A DNA stretch of 64,000 nucleotides, from NCBI RefSeq assembly GCF_052425735.1, contig NC_135766.1, forward strand, positions 10,478,001-10,542,000. The letters are read 5' to 3'. Of this stretch, positions 11,401-23,039 are shown piece after piece (the stretch's first letter is position 1; each line of letters opens with the position of its first letter). The position numbers were made by a program, and so were the translations under genes. The notes under the pieces are model-generated. The model ran no database searches and was not told the origin of the DNA. It saw only the letters and a program-made list of their open reading frames with translations. This DNA is from Oculina patagonica (taxonomy: Eukaryota).

Positions 11401-14400
11401 ATATTTCATACCTTTAATCCTGCCACCTTTGAACACCCAGCATGACAGGGTGAAAAATAAGTTAACTTATCTCCTCCACATACGGGATTTATGTTAGCGA
11501 TCGAGCAGCTGCAGTTAATATTACATGGGGCCACTGGACTTCGTGTCTGTAAATGGCTATTCACAAAAAAAGATCAAGACAGTAGGTAAAGAGTAAGACC
11601 GTTCCAAGAGGGGGGCAAAGGGTTTATGCGGGACACGTGAAAAGGGCAAAAATTAGTCCGTGACGCGTGAAAATAGGGCAAAAATTAGACCGTGACGCGT
11701 GAAAAATAGTTAGAAAAGAAACGTGATCCGTGAATTTTGCTGTTTCAAGTATACGTGACACGTGAATTTGGTTAAAACTTGTGCGTGAAACGGGATCACG
11801 AACCCCCCTTTGGTACCCTCTTCCAACCCCAGAGAACAGACAGAACAGAGTATAAAGAAAAAAAAAAAACAAGATGGCGTATCGCTTCATGCGCTTAATC
11901 CCGGTTCAGCAGCATGAAATGAGAAGAAATACTTGTCCCTCCCTTGAAGAGATGCTAGAGTGCATCATTGGTAGCATCCAGAATTTTGTACGTAAGGTTT
12001 CCTCTACAGTTATAGTTAGAGTTATAGTTATAGTTATATAGTTAGAGACCGAAAGATATGTGACTGTGCTAGAAGTGAAGATGCAAGACCTTTGTTATAG
12101 CTTGCATGTCCTGTAAGTTTTTGGTTGAGATTAAAAGATTAATTGTGGGACGAAGCTGGTTTAGCCTGCTCAGTCTTCGTCCCGTCCCGTGACGACGTCA
12201 CTTACCCGTTGAAATAAGGTTTGACGACTCCCGCCAAATTCACCTGATCACACCCGGGAACTATAAAACAAGTTGTTGTCCATATGGTAAGAACGTAAAA
12301 CAACAGGCAGCACTTCGCAGACAGTCGGCACGACTTCTTCAAATTGAATTTTCTAACGATAACACCGCTTAACATGGTACCACCTGCAAGACGATCGTCA
12401 AAAACATGTTATATTATAACTCTCTCGTAATTGTTGTTTAACTAAGTAAAAATTTCATCCTCGTAACACGTTAAGATTTGGAATAACTGCGGCAATTCAG
12501 TTCAGTAAAGTTGAGACTTACTCTAGATATGCCATATAATAGAGTTAAGCTTTCGATGGAAATAAAAAGACAAGAGAGTCCTCTACATTCGAGCATCTAT
12601 GTTAATTTCAAGTAGCTTTCATTGAGTGTTGCGAACAACATCATTGTCGCAGAGTAAGATGCCTGAAGGTAGTCAGACCATTTGTTATTATAAACGCTTG
12701 TTGACCTTTTTCAAGGCATCTCCTCTCGTTGTCTTCATAATGACAATTGTAAAGACTGTTGACGACTGCTGACATGTTTTCTCCCGCCAAGAACACTTAA
12801 GTCCAAAAGCGGGCACTCTTTCACTATTGGTAAATCCTGTACTTGTAGTAGAATCCCCAGGGGCACTCCCATATTAAATCCCTAGATATGCTAAAAGAAG
12901 ACCAGTATATCTGGGCGTGGCTCAAGTCTTTTTGGACCCCTAAAATATGCCATTTTTTATGCCTGAAAGCTTTAGACCGCACACACAATATGACGAGTCC
13001 TTGTAATCTAAAAATATTCGGCGTTTTTTCCTGAAGACCCTAATTAACACAAAATCCATATTTTTCACTCCTTGGAGAAACGACGGAACGTTCGGAGGAG
13101 GACACAGGAATGTTAATTATCGATAATGACGACCCCCAGAAGGTGTTTAACATGACAACGGCTGGAATCCGAAAAATGTGGATCTCGAAGAAAGAGTTGG
13201 CGTCAAAGTGAGGAATTCAACATGAAATGTGTTCTAAAAGAAATGGCCAGGATTCTAAAAAGGTTCAAATGTGATTGCTAGCTGACTGTTAAAAACTCGC
13301 AGTTGCTGTTAGCTGGTGGCATGCAGGGATTTAAAGTCTCTTCTCCACAAAAGCTTCTAAGATAATTGGAAATAAATCTCCGCTCGAGTTTTCACTGTGT
13401 AATACAAGTGAGACTCTGTAGAGGAGAGAGGATTTGAAAAAAAGAAGAAGTAATAAAAATAGCTCTACCTGTAGCGCATAAGACAAACACGGTTCCTAGA
13501 GTGAGCCCAGCCATTCCTGGGTCCAGTCCAAACTTCAGCTGAGCAAACTTGGCAATAAAGGCTCCTAACCCCGCCCCAATCAGCGACTCAGCTGTGATAG
13601 CCAGAGTGTTAAACATGTAGGTTGGATTTTTCAAGAGCTTCACTGTAGCTGGGACGATATCTCTCAACTTTCCTCTAAGTTTGTTGTCCTTTTTCGGCAA
13701 GTCTCCCTTTTCGATGGCTTTATCTCTCATCTCTTTCGATCCGGGTAATTCACTGGGAAAACCGAGGACGAAAATGGCGCCAACAAACATCACTGTGCCA
13801 GCTGCTATGTATGCAAGCCACCACGCTCCTATCCATTGTGGGTTGCTTGAAGTTAACTTGGCTCCCTCCGGCTGCGTATGCAAGAAAAATGTCACTGCAT
13901 GATAGTCACGAGTACATGTACTGATGAATCACTGAACAGTGATGATCCTGATAGGGATCGGGTAGGAAAAAACATAACACAAAAAAAAGCGATGTTACTC
14001 TTTTTTGCATTTCTTGTGAGGTGCACTGTCTATTAAAACAATCAGATTTGCAAAAAGAGATGGGGCATTTTTGGCTATGATGTTCATTTTAGATACCTAA
14101 ATTTGCCCTTCCCCTTATCAATTTCCTAAGATAAAACGTTTAGAAGTATTGCTGCCTGTTCCTCCGGATACCACGTGCGAGCGCATCGCATTTAGCCCCT
14201 CAGCAATCTGGTCAAGTTGCCATGACAGTGTGCCAGTACTCGTATATGATCGTAGACACCTAACTGAAGAAACGTTGACCCGTGAAAAGCATAGACCATG
14301 AACGATGCCACCCAAATATTTACTGGGAAATCGGAAAAAATAATCCCCATCTGTGACAGAAGAAATATTATGATGCTCTACTCCAAAAGGATGATTATCA

Positions 14401-17400
14401 ATCAATGGAGTATTACTCAGCTTACCAATGCTGTCTATGTAGAATGCCATTCGGTCTTATCCTTCATAGTTTATGCTTTTCACGGGGTCAGCATTTCTTC
14501 AATTAGGTGTATACTTATGAGTGCCCAGGAACACAAAAAAGTGACTAGCTAGCATGCAGTGCAAACAGTAAACTTGACCTATTTGTCCTTATCCGAGAGG
14601 TTTAAAGTTCTCGAGTTGCAGAATCCCAAAATTTAGTCCAAAATGAGATAACTTCGATTTTTTGAAGATAAATTATCATCAAGCAAACGAAAATTTACCG
14701 CGAAGAAAAGGTTTCAGGTTAAACACCAAATTACGTTATCAAATCACCTGTTTAATCTGTACATAAATCTCGTTTAAAATTGGTCCACCAATTGCAAATC
14801 CAAGTCCCATACCGGCTACCGCAGCTGTGAAAAATATTCCGAGGTAAATAGGCGCCGCTTTAGGATGAACGTTCTCATCGATGTACGCAGGCGCAAGCGA
14901 ATACAGCGGTGTAGTGCCTGCGCCCATGAGCAGTTGTGCTATACAGAAAATAAGCAAGTATAGCCTGTTTGACTCGTATCCGGAAAAGCAGGCGTCATTA
15001 GTTGAGCTCCCATTGTTGATGACGCATTCTTCGACTTGTCGGGAACTGAGTGTGGTGTTTCCAAGTACAGGTTGGTATGGACTGATCAAGGCGTGGGGAA
15101 GGAAAAACACAAAACATCCGATTGCTGCAAATAAACACAAAGAACGTATGTCAACGTTTAGTTAACCGCTAGTTCTCAACCCTATAGGTTTATAAACTAG
15201 CATTAAAGGATGGGTGCCGTACGGTCTGGTTTGTTGTTTGAAGCAACATTTAGCCCTATTCAGTACTGTCTTCCAGCAGAGGGGGGGGCTTATATCCGGA
15301 GGGGGCTTATAGCCGGATGTTTGTTTTTGTTTCCAGGTAGGTGAGCCTAAAAATGGGAGGGGAGGGCTTATAAGCGGCTTTGGGGGGGGGGGGGGGTGGG
15401 TGGGGTGTGGAGGCTTATTACCAGCACTCTACGGTATCCATTATAATTAATATCAAGTCCTTGAGAGTAGTCGCAAGCGGTAACTAAACTGACCTGTGAT
15501 AAGAGCTCCATAGCCCAACCATTTGATCTTATTTCCAAATTCTCCATAAAAGCTAACAAAGCAAACAAGAAGAATGGCGGATATGTCGTTGGAAGCAACA
15601 ATGAGACCGAGGTCCTTGCTACTCAGTTGGAACCGTTTTTCTAGCGCAGGAATATTGATGCTTGTAATGCCGTTTACTATCATGCCTGTTAAAATTGTAA
15701 TAAAAAGGTACAAGCTATATTTTCGCTATTACATTACACTTACATCTCAAACTTATAATCAGACAGACAAACAGAAATACAGACAAACAAGAAGAGCAAA
15801 CAACTTAACAGTTAGGGACGGACCATTATTTTTTGGAGAAGGAGGGGGAGGGGGGCGGTTGCACGGCCTAGAAAGACAAAATAGATTTACTATTACAAAA
15901 TAGATTGCAAAATACTATTACAAAATTTAATTACTATTACAAAATAGATTGTTTGCAAAAAAGATATGTATAACAAAACATATTTTGCATTTCGAAAAAA
16001 AAAATGTTTGCAGAGGGAAATTTGTCATACCCCCCTCTTAGAAAATGGTCCGTTCCTTACAATCACGCTCCTTTAATTTTTTTTTTTCTAGCACACTGAT
16101 TAACTATAAGAAGTTCACAATCGGGTGGCGTTTTTTTTTTTTTTTTTCTAGCACACTGATTAACTATAAGAAGTTCACAATCGGGTGGCGTGGCTCGAAT
16201 CCATAGAGTACTTGCAGTCTATTTTTCTCTCGCAATCCCAGAAAGGTGTGCTGTGCCAGGGGTTTAGACGAGCGAGAAGGGATTGGGACGAGACAAGGCT
16301 GCGGCAAGTCTCGTCTCGCCTCGTATCCCTTTTCGTCCATACCGCTTTATTGGGAGTTTCCCTAATGGTCGCGGGTCGCGGGTTTCAAGTCGCGTGTCGC
16401 GGGTTTTAAATAAGTCGCGGGTTTTGAAAAAGTCGCGGGTTTTGAAAAAAGTCGCGTGTTTTTAAAAAGTTGCGAGTTTTCGATAGAAACCATTTATTTC
16501 TCAGTAAAATTCATTCAAACAAATTTAAACTCGTTTTCTTGGGAACTACGTTACAAAGTAGCCAATTACTTTGCGGGTTAAACAATCAAATTACGAACTT
16601 CGGAACAAACTCCCCAACTTTGTTCCAGCTAAACTTCCCAAGTTTGCAAGTTGAGGAGGAACAAGACATGTTGCTCGAAAGTCATGTTCATGTCGGAAAT
16701 TCAGGTGATGAAAACATGGCAGCAGCGGTAATGTTCCAGCGATTCCAGTGGCTAGAGTTACAAAATATTTGGTTGAAGTTGAAGAGCCTGACTTCGTTTC
16801 GCATGAGCGATCTGCCGATAAATAAATTTTACGTCGGCTGAAATTTGGTCAAATTTAACTTTTTATATACAGCAAATACACCTTTAAAATTTTTGTGAGG
16901 CTTTTACTTCAATGTCAAGTCTTCTGCGTTTGTAAACCGAATGAAACTGGACGGCTTTACCGATCTTCACGTGAAATTAATTTTATACAAATGCGAAAGA
17001 GTCAGACAAATTTGAATTAAAAGTCGCGACACGTTTACGGCTCAATTCTATTTTTATGGTACGTGTTTTCTTCCGATGGTTTAGCGAAGCAAAACCATTT
17101 CTGTCAACATAACTACAGAAGGGTTTTTAAAATCTGCGCCAGTTAAAAATATTTTAAAGAGTTTTTGCCACAGAATACTAGTAAAATATATTTATCAACC
17201 GTACGCGTTCAATCATGAATACTTTGGTTCAACTTCATGATCGCTCGCGCGCAACGTTGTTTTCAAACTTAAAAGCTTGATTGCAAATCATGCAATGTTT
17301 GATACCCAATTTGAACAAGTTTTTTTTTTCAGGACGTGATGCAACGGACGGTATATGTAATCCTTATCCTTATACTTACTGTAGGTCAGAACGTTGATAC

Positions 17401-18210
17401 CGACGCCGTGCTTGTTCAAACAACTATTTTGAAACTCGAGCAGCTAGAATCGCTGAAATATTTCTGCCACCACTTTGTAACGTGTCTCGTTCCTCCTCAA
17501 CTTGCAAACTTGGGAAGTTCAGAAGTTCAGTCGGCAAAGTTTGGGAAGTTTGCTCCGAAGTTCGCAATTTGATTGTCTTACTCGCAACGTTACGAAGTAA
17601 CGTAGTTCCTAAGAAAACGGGATCATTTTAAAACCGGCGTCTTTGCAACCGGTTTAAATTTGTTTGAATGAATTCTACTGAGAAATAAATGCATTCTATT
17701 GAAAACTCGCAACTTTTCAAAAACACGCGACTTTTTTCAAAACCCGCGACTTTCTCAAAACCCGCGACTTATTTAAAACCCGCGACCCGCGACCCGCGAC
17801 CATTAGGGAAACTCTTTTATTGGGTTCACGTTCCCTGGGATATGGTCACGTTCGCCAGACCCCCCAAAAAAGTCGGCTACAAGTAGTCTATCGCACCCAA
17901 CCTGAACTGACGCACACTGCCAGAGATAATTCCGGTTTCCGTAGCATGAAGTATCAGGAAACCAGATCGGATGCATATCTATCGCAAATTACTCTCAGCA
18001 TTTTTGCCATCATAGTCCACCGATACCCATCCATTCATAAGAACTACCTCGTTCAAAAAAAAGACAAAAAAAAGATGCTCGCTTACTTTGAACTGACGCA
18101 AGAATGACGACAACGAAAAGAAAACATTTCGAATTATTAACAATCTGAAGCCATCTTGGTTTAAAGAAAAACCAGCCATATTTCAAATCCTGCTCTGTGG
18201 GTTCAGCCAT
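6861..18210 (-). CDS. Organic anion transporting polypeptide (OATP/SLCO family, SLCO4-like), 647 aa
   Basis: Nine phase-compatible exons: 18087-18210, 15494-15685, 14748-15124, 13469-13871, 12206-12383, 11412-11556, 9933-10108, 7418-7632 and 6861-6994 (1944 nt). Contains LEKRF, YIDENV, the OATP signature WIGAWWL, a Kazal-like loop (CNINCSC..PVCGGDKLTYFSPCHAGC), FDSLCLFW..CG.RGRC and a C-terminal ETVL. Confidence 0.93.
8104..8489 (-). mobile_element. tRNA-derived SINE with Deu/Nin-like central domain
   Basis: tRNA-like head with A box (TAGCTCAGTTAG) and B box (GGTTCGATTCC). The middle (TAAACCGTAGGCCCCGTCTC..GACGTAAAAGAACCCAC..AAGAGTAGGG..GAGTTCCCGGTGT) resembles the Deu-domain. Ends in a (GAT)n tail. 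Confidence 0.8.
8825..9797. mobile_element. pogo/mariner-type MITE (TA TSD)
   Basis: TA|CAGTCCGACCTCTATTAAGCGGCC ... GGCCGCCTAATAGAGGTCGGACTG|TA, with repeated ATTAAGCGGCC motifs. Confidence 0.87.
8876..9255. mobile_element. Kolobok-type non-autonomous element nested in the MITE
   Basis: TTAA|AGGGGCTACGTCACGG ... CCGTGACAAAGTCCCT|TTAA. Removing it restores the host ATTAAGCGGCC motif. Confidence 0.78.
11608..11820. mobile_element. Small non-autonomous DNA transposon with 6-bp TSD
   Basis: GAGGG...CCCTC ends, TTCCAA on both flanks, internal CGTGACGCGTGAAA repeats. Confidence 0.65.
16204..17890. mobile_element. TAG..CTA-ended MITE interrupted by a MULE-like element
   Basis: Ends TAGAGTACTTGCAGTC / GGCTACAAGTAGTCTA; 9-bp flanks TCGAATCCA vs TCGCACCCA (7/9 identical). 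Confidence 0.55.
16354..17814. mobile_element. Mutator/Foldback-like non-autonomous element with long TIRs
   Basis: Imperfect TIRs of about 300 bp start GAGTTTCCCTAATGGTCGCGGG and contain GTCGCGGG tandem motifs; 9-bp TSD CTTTATTGG/TTTTATTGG. Confidence 0.85.
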
Positions 18211-18750
18211 ATCCTTAAAATGTAAACCAGAAAAAAAAAAATGGAATCAGTTTCCTAGCTCCAATGACCTCTAAAAGAGGGTCCCTGTGTCAGGATGTGG
18301 GTATATAAAAGGGTAGGGATTTTACGATTAAAGTATACAAAAAAATTGTCGTTTAGATATTTAGGCATTTAAAAAGGCTCATTTAAAATATCTAGCACAG
18401 ACTCACCGAACGGTCGACTCATTTATTTATTTTAAGGTGTTGAATATTTTAGTGAAAAAGTTCGGGAAATTAAAGGAACAGATGCAACATCCCTTCCGTA
18501 TTTATGTAAAATGGATGCTATTTTCTATTGACGGTATACAAAAGCGTTGCCTTTTCTATCAAAATGGTATATGAAAGGGTGAGGATTTGGACCCCCCGGG
18601 GCAGAGCACCCGGGGGCTACAGGCGTTCCAAACTAAGAAAAGTGTCTGGAGTTTTTAGTGAGCTTAAAAATTGAACCAAAAGAGTAAGCAAGTAAGGCGA
18701 AAACCGGTCTTGGCGATGAAAAAAAATCCGTTGCGACTTTTATTGTACAG

Positions 18751-18990
18751 GGCCTGGTTGTTCAGAGAGGAATTAAGCTAATCCAGGATTAGAGAGAATT
18801 TTAATTTCAGTTTTTCAACTTTTCAGTAAGATTTTCTGTTTATATTTTCCGTCCTTCAGTTTTGCCGTCGAATTATCTCAAACTCCACACAACATAAGCA
18901 AAAAAAAAACACTTTTATATAAGAGAAATTGAACCCTCGATTAACTTTTAATCCTGGGTTAGTTTTAATCAGCTCTTGAACAACTTGGCC
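18751..18990. mobile_element. Harbinger-type MITE (CAG TSD)
   Basis: CAG|GGCCTGGTTGTTCA ... TGAACAACTTGGCC|CAG. Confidence 0.8.
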
Positions 18991-19040
18991 CAGGTTATAA
19001 ACCTAACAGCATGACAGGCTTGAGTTGTACCGAACAGCTA

Positions 19041-20655
19041 CAATCCACGCCACTTTTCTTGGGACACTCGTCGTTTTTGGCACTTCGGAAGAGGAAAAAA
19101 AACAATAATTACCCCCCCGCCCCATTACAATGTTGTGTACCTTGAAAAACCAATGCCTACCGTTGCTGTCTGTTTTGCAACATTGGTTTCGGGGGGAGGG
19201 GGTTCTCCATTTCTGAGAAATCGTGACGAAATGTCACGTTATACTTGCTGAAATGGGTGTCCCAAGTCTTTATGGCGCGGATTGTCTGGATGGTCAGTGC
19301 ATACACCTCAAAAATAGTTGCATTAGGCCGATCAAAATGAAACTTGGCCTAAGTATTTATCTTAAGTACCTAAACCAATGAGCGGAAATAGAAGGTCATG
19401 TGACCACCTTGTGACGTAGACGGACAAAAACTTAATCGTCACATGGACGAGCCTGTTCTGCAGTCAAATGCCTTATTTTTATAGAATTAAACGTTCTTAT
19501 TCATCTGAATTCGTTACCAAACTTTAGACGGTCATTTGGGTCGAAATATAACAGTTTTATGCTTTTCTTCGCCCTACTGTGATTTTGGGTTAAAAAACAA
19601 TGGTATTTGTACATTTTTGGTGTGAAATTCTGAGATGGTGTCACGCTTCACCAATGATTCACCATTGCAAATGACGTCACTATGACGTCAGCATTGCAGT
19701 TATCTGTCATTTTGATAGCAGCATTCGACTCAGCGTCCAAAATTACCTAGTATACAATCCTTTGGCCCTACGTTGAGCCTTATGTTGGCGAATTATAGAC
19801 GGTTCACCATGGTGAACCTCTTATTAATTGAAGAAAATTAATTATTTTCCTTTTATAATAATGGTTCACCATGGCGAACCATTGATGTTTCGGCGTAAAA
19901 AGGGCTAAGATAGGGCAACAAAGATGGTATTCTAGGTAATTTCATGCGCTGAGTCCAATGCTACTGTCAAAACGATCGATAACTGCAATCCTGATGTCAT
20001 TATGACGTCATTTTCAATGGTGAACCACATGATTCACCATGGTGAAGCGATATTTAGCTTTTCAAATGAGCTTTAAACTTGTTGTAAAAGTGAAAATTGG
20101 TACAGGAGTACATTTATAACACAATTAAACGACAATTGACATAGAAAAGCTTCATGTTGCTGACAAATTGAACTTTGTTGTGTTGTTCTGGCTGTGATAT
20201 GCTTTATGGAGTGTTATATTCGGCCGACTTGATATAAAACCAGGATTTTCCTTAATTTCAAAACATGAAATAACGTTACCAAATAAGATTGGGATCTTGT
20301 AGAAGCTTCTGTTTTAATGAGCAACCGATAAGGATAGCACATGCACAGTTTGGGAGGAAATAAGTAAATTCCCCTAGTTTCCTTGATTTCACCTTCGGAC
20401 AATCCACGCCACTTTTCTTGGGACACTCGTCGTTTTTGGCACTTCGGAAGAGGAAAAAAAACAATAATTACCCCCCCCCCCCCCCCCCGCCCCATTACAA
20501 TGTTGTGTACCTTGAAAAACCAATGCCTACCGTTGCTGTCTGTTTTGCAACATTGGTTTCGGGGGGGAGGGGGTTCTCCATTTCTGAGAAATCGTGACGA
20601 AATGTCACGTTATACTTGCTGAAACGGGTGTCCCAAGTCTTTATGGCGCGGAGTG
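19041..20655. mobile_element. Composite element: two near-identical ~245-bp TIR-bearing direct repeats (19041-19284, 20400-20655) around a 1.1-kb core
   Basis: The copies differ essentially only in homopolymer lengths and a few substitutions. Each has TIRs (CAATCCACGCCA..CTTGGGACAC / GTGTCCCAAG..TGGCGCGGATTG). TA is present only at the two outer ends. Confidence 0.7.
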
Positions 20656-21219
20656 TAGGTTAAGGAAACCTTTGACCTTTTTGCTAAGGTAAGGTTACGC
20701 TCCCTCCTTGGAAACAGGGCCCAAGAACGAGTAATACTTAGGTATTCTCATGTTATCTTTGGAGCACTGCAGCATACTTTTAGAACAAGGAATGTACAAA
20801 TACCGATTCATGTTATCTTTTGCTCCAGACGTTTCTAGAGCGAAGAATACGGTAAATATATTCGTGATATCTTTTGCCCACGAAGAACGCCGAGGTAACC
20901 ACATACATATCGTGTTATCTTTCGCGTATATATACGTTTAGATTTACGCTCACTATTGTGCTCTCTGTATTTAAAATTCCTTTGCTAGTTTGCTACTGAT
21001 TTTAATACTTAGACATTCATTCCACCCGTTGAAATAAGGTCCAAATCTTTACATGAACGAAACATAGTTATCGCGTTCAGTTAACCAGGTTGTGTGGGAT
21101 TAAAATACAATAGTTCAGTTATCAAAAGCACGCACATAGTTTTAGTGTGGCAATCACAACAACTATTTTTGTTGGCTTAAAAACAGTCATAAACTAACAG
21201 TCACTAGTTGAGCTCTTAC

Positions 21220-21680
21220 CTTTTTATCGATTCCCTGTGAAAAGTGAACTTGACTTTATTCGTGCCTTGATGCTAGGCAAATGTCACGATGTTGTAACAG
21301 TATCACAAAAATAGGGGATCAGGTGTCTTTTGAGTGAACAAAAGCGTGCGCGAAAAAACTGTTGTTTGCGGTTATATATATGTATCCCAATTTATATGTC
21401 GTTTGCGCATTTTCCTTTATAATATTTGCCTTGTCAAAGGAAGTATATAGACGATTGAGATCCCCAAAAGAGATGTCTAGGAAAATGCAAGGTTTCCCTC
21501 TGGACTATCATCGCGTGTTTCTCGACAACAAAAACTCCATCCCCTTACGCTGGGTCACGCGATGTCAATATTTCCACATCACGTAGAGTCACGCTACAGT
21601 CACGCGATGGCTCGTGCATATGCAGTTACCTTATTCTATGTCACCAATGGTCATTGGTCGCCTCGGAGTCACGTAAGAAC
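21220..21680 (-). promoter_or_regulatory. Putative SLCO promoter and non-coding first exon
   Basis: The SLCO ATG is preceded by a splice acceptor (exon start 18213). Strong donor AAG|GTAAGA at 21220/21219; TATATATAA (minus strand) at 21372-21380; CCAAT/ATTGG at about 21644-21657; cluster of CACGC/CACGT motifs at 21511-21675. Confidence 0.45.
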
Positions 21681-23039
21681 GAACTGAAGCTGTGAGGGGG
21701 AGGGGGGGGGGATGGGGGCGTGAGGTCGAACGTGTGAAATTTTGTCTACTATCGAGTCTACTTAAAGTTAGCAATGACTTGATGCTCCAAACAACAGTGT
21801 TGTAGTGTTAAAAAATCGCTAGGTGGCCTAACCTTTATAAAACTCTTCTGGATGAAAGAACTGGTATGACTGAGAACTGAGGTGAACTTAGACGGTTCGC
21901 ATATGGAAATTTCTCTTTTCGGAGATTAGACAGATTAATGTCACGTCTATTACCTTTTCCGCAAGAGATGGCAACACAGTTTTTCAAGCAGAAAAATTTT
22001 CTCAGAGATCACAGAAGCTGACGATGCCAACAGTGGTAATAAACGGGTAAAGAAATAAGCAATGTATGATGAAAATTGCCCATCAGAAAATTTCTAAAAA
22101 ACAGTTCTTGTGAATTATAAAAGAAAATGAAGTTAAATATCACAGTTGGTGCAAAACTGTATTCTGCTAACGTTTTGCTGACACTTGAGCGAAGGTTTGT
22201 AGCGCAGACGACATGAAGTGCGAAACATCCATGGGAGCTTTTAAGAAGAAACTGGAATCTTTAAATCTCTCTATGTACTTTAGTAAAAAGTTTATCTAAG
22301 CGATAGATCCTCTTTTGTTTGTAGATATTTAGTGTATAAATATTTTAATGACTGATGTATCCATCCATCCANNNNNNNNNNNNNNNNNNNNNNNNNNNNN
22401 NNNNNNNNNNNNNNNNNNNNNNNNNNNNNNNNNNNNNNNNNNNNNNNNNNNNNNNNNNNNNNNNNNNNNNNNNNNNNNNNNNNNNNNNNNNNNNNNNNNN
22501 NNNNNNNNNNNNNNNNNNNNNNNNNNNNNNNNNNNNNNNNNNNNNNNNNNNNNNNNNNNNNNNNNNNNNNNNNNNNNNNNNNNNNNNNNNNNNNNNNNNN
22601 NNNNNNNNNNNNACGTGTAACTGATGACGTCATCGCTTATTGCTATCGCACGATGGGCTCTTTTATTCTGTTTGTCTGTTTGGCGCAACTGAACAGAAAT
22701 CAAGTTTAACTTAAAACGAAATCGCCGGGTAGAATACAAAAGCAAAATACTCCCGTGCAGTCAGAATGGAACACTACAATGTATAAACGAAAGAGACTTA
22801 TTTTATAAGAAGAACAAAACCAATTAATACCGTGGTCTATCCGTAAGACAACATGCTCATGTTACTTATTGCATTTATCAACGACAAACCAGTAGACTAC
22901 AAGAGTTCGAACTCCTGATGTTTAACTTGCCTGTGAAACAAGAGCCCACCAAGCTTAATTCGCCTTTTTAAACCTGAAATAAGCATTAAACTAAACAAAT
23001 ATCTATAAATCCCGTCAAACAGGTATCGTAAACATGTCA

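Noticed and set aside
21025-21040. Short match (CCCGTTGAAATAAGGT) to the SLCO exon end at about 12205
   Set aside because: Homology does not extend on either side, so it is most likely chance.
21770-22370. Possible decayed L1/Tx1-type LINE fragment
   Set aside because: Only faint coding-like traces with many stops; it cannot be assigned without a search.
22292-22745. ORFs spanning N-runs (also 41986-42279)
   Set aside because: Artefacts of assembly gaps.
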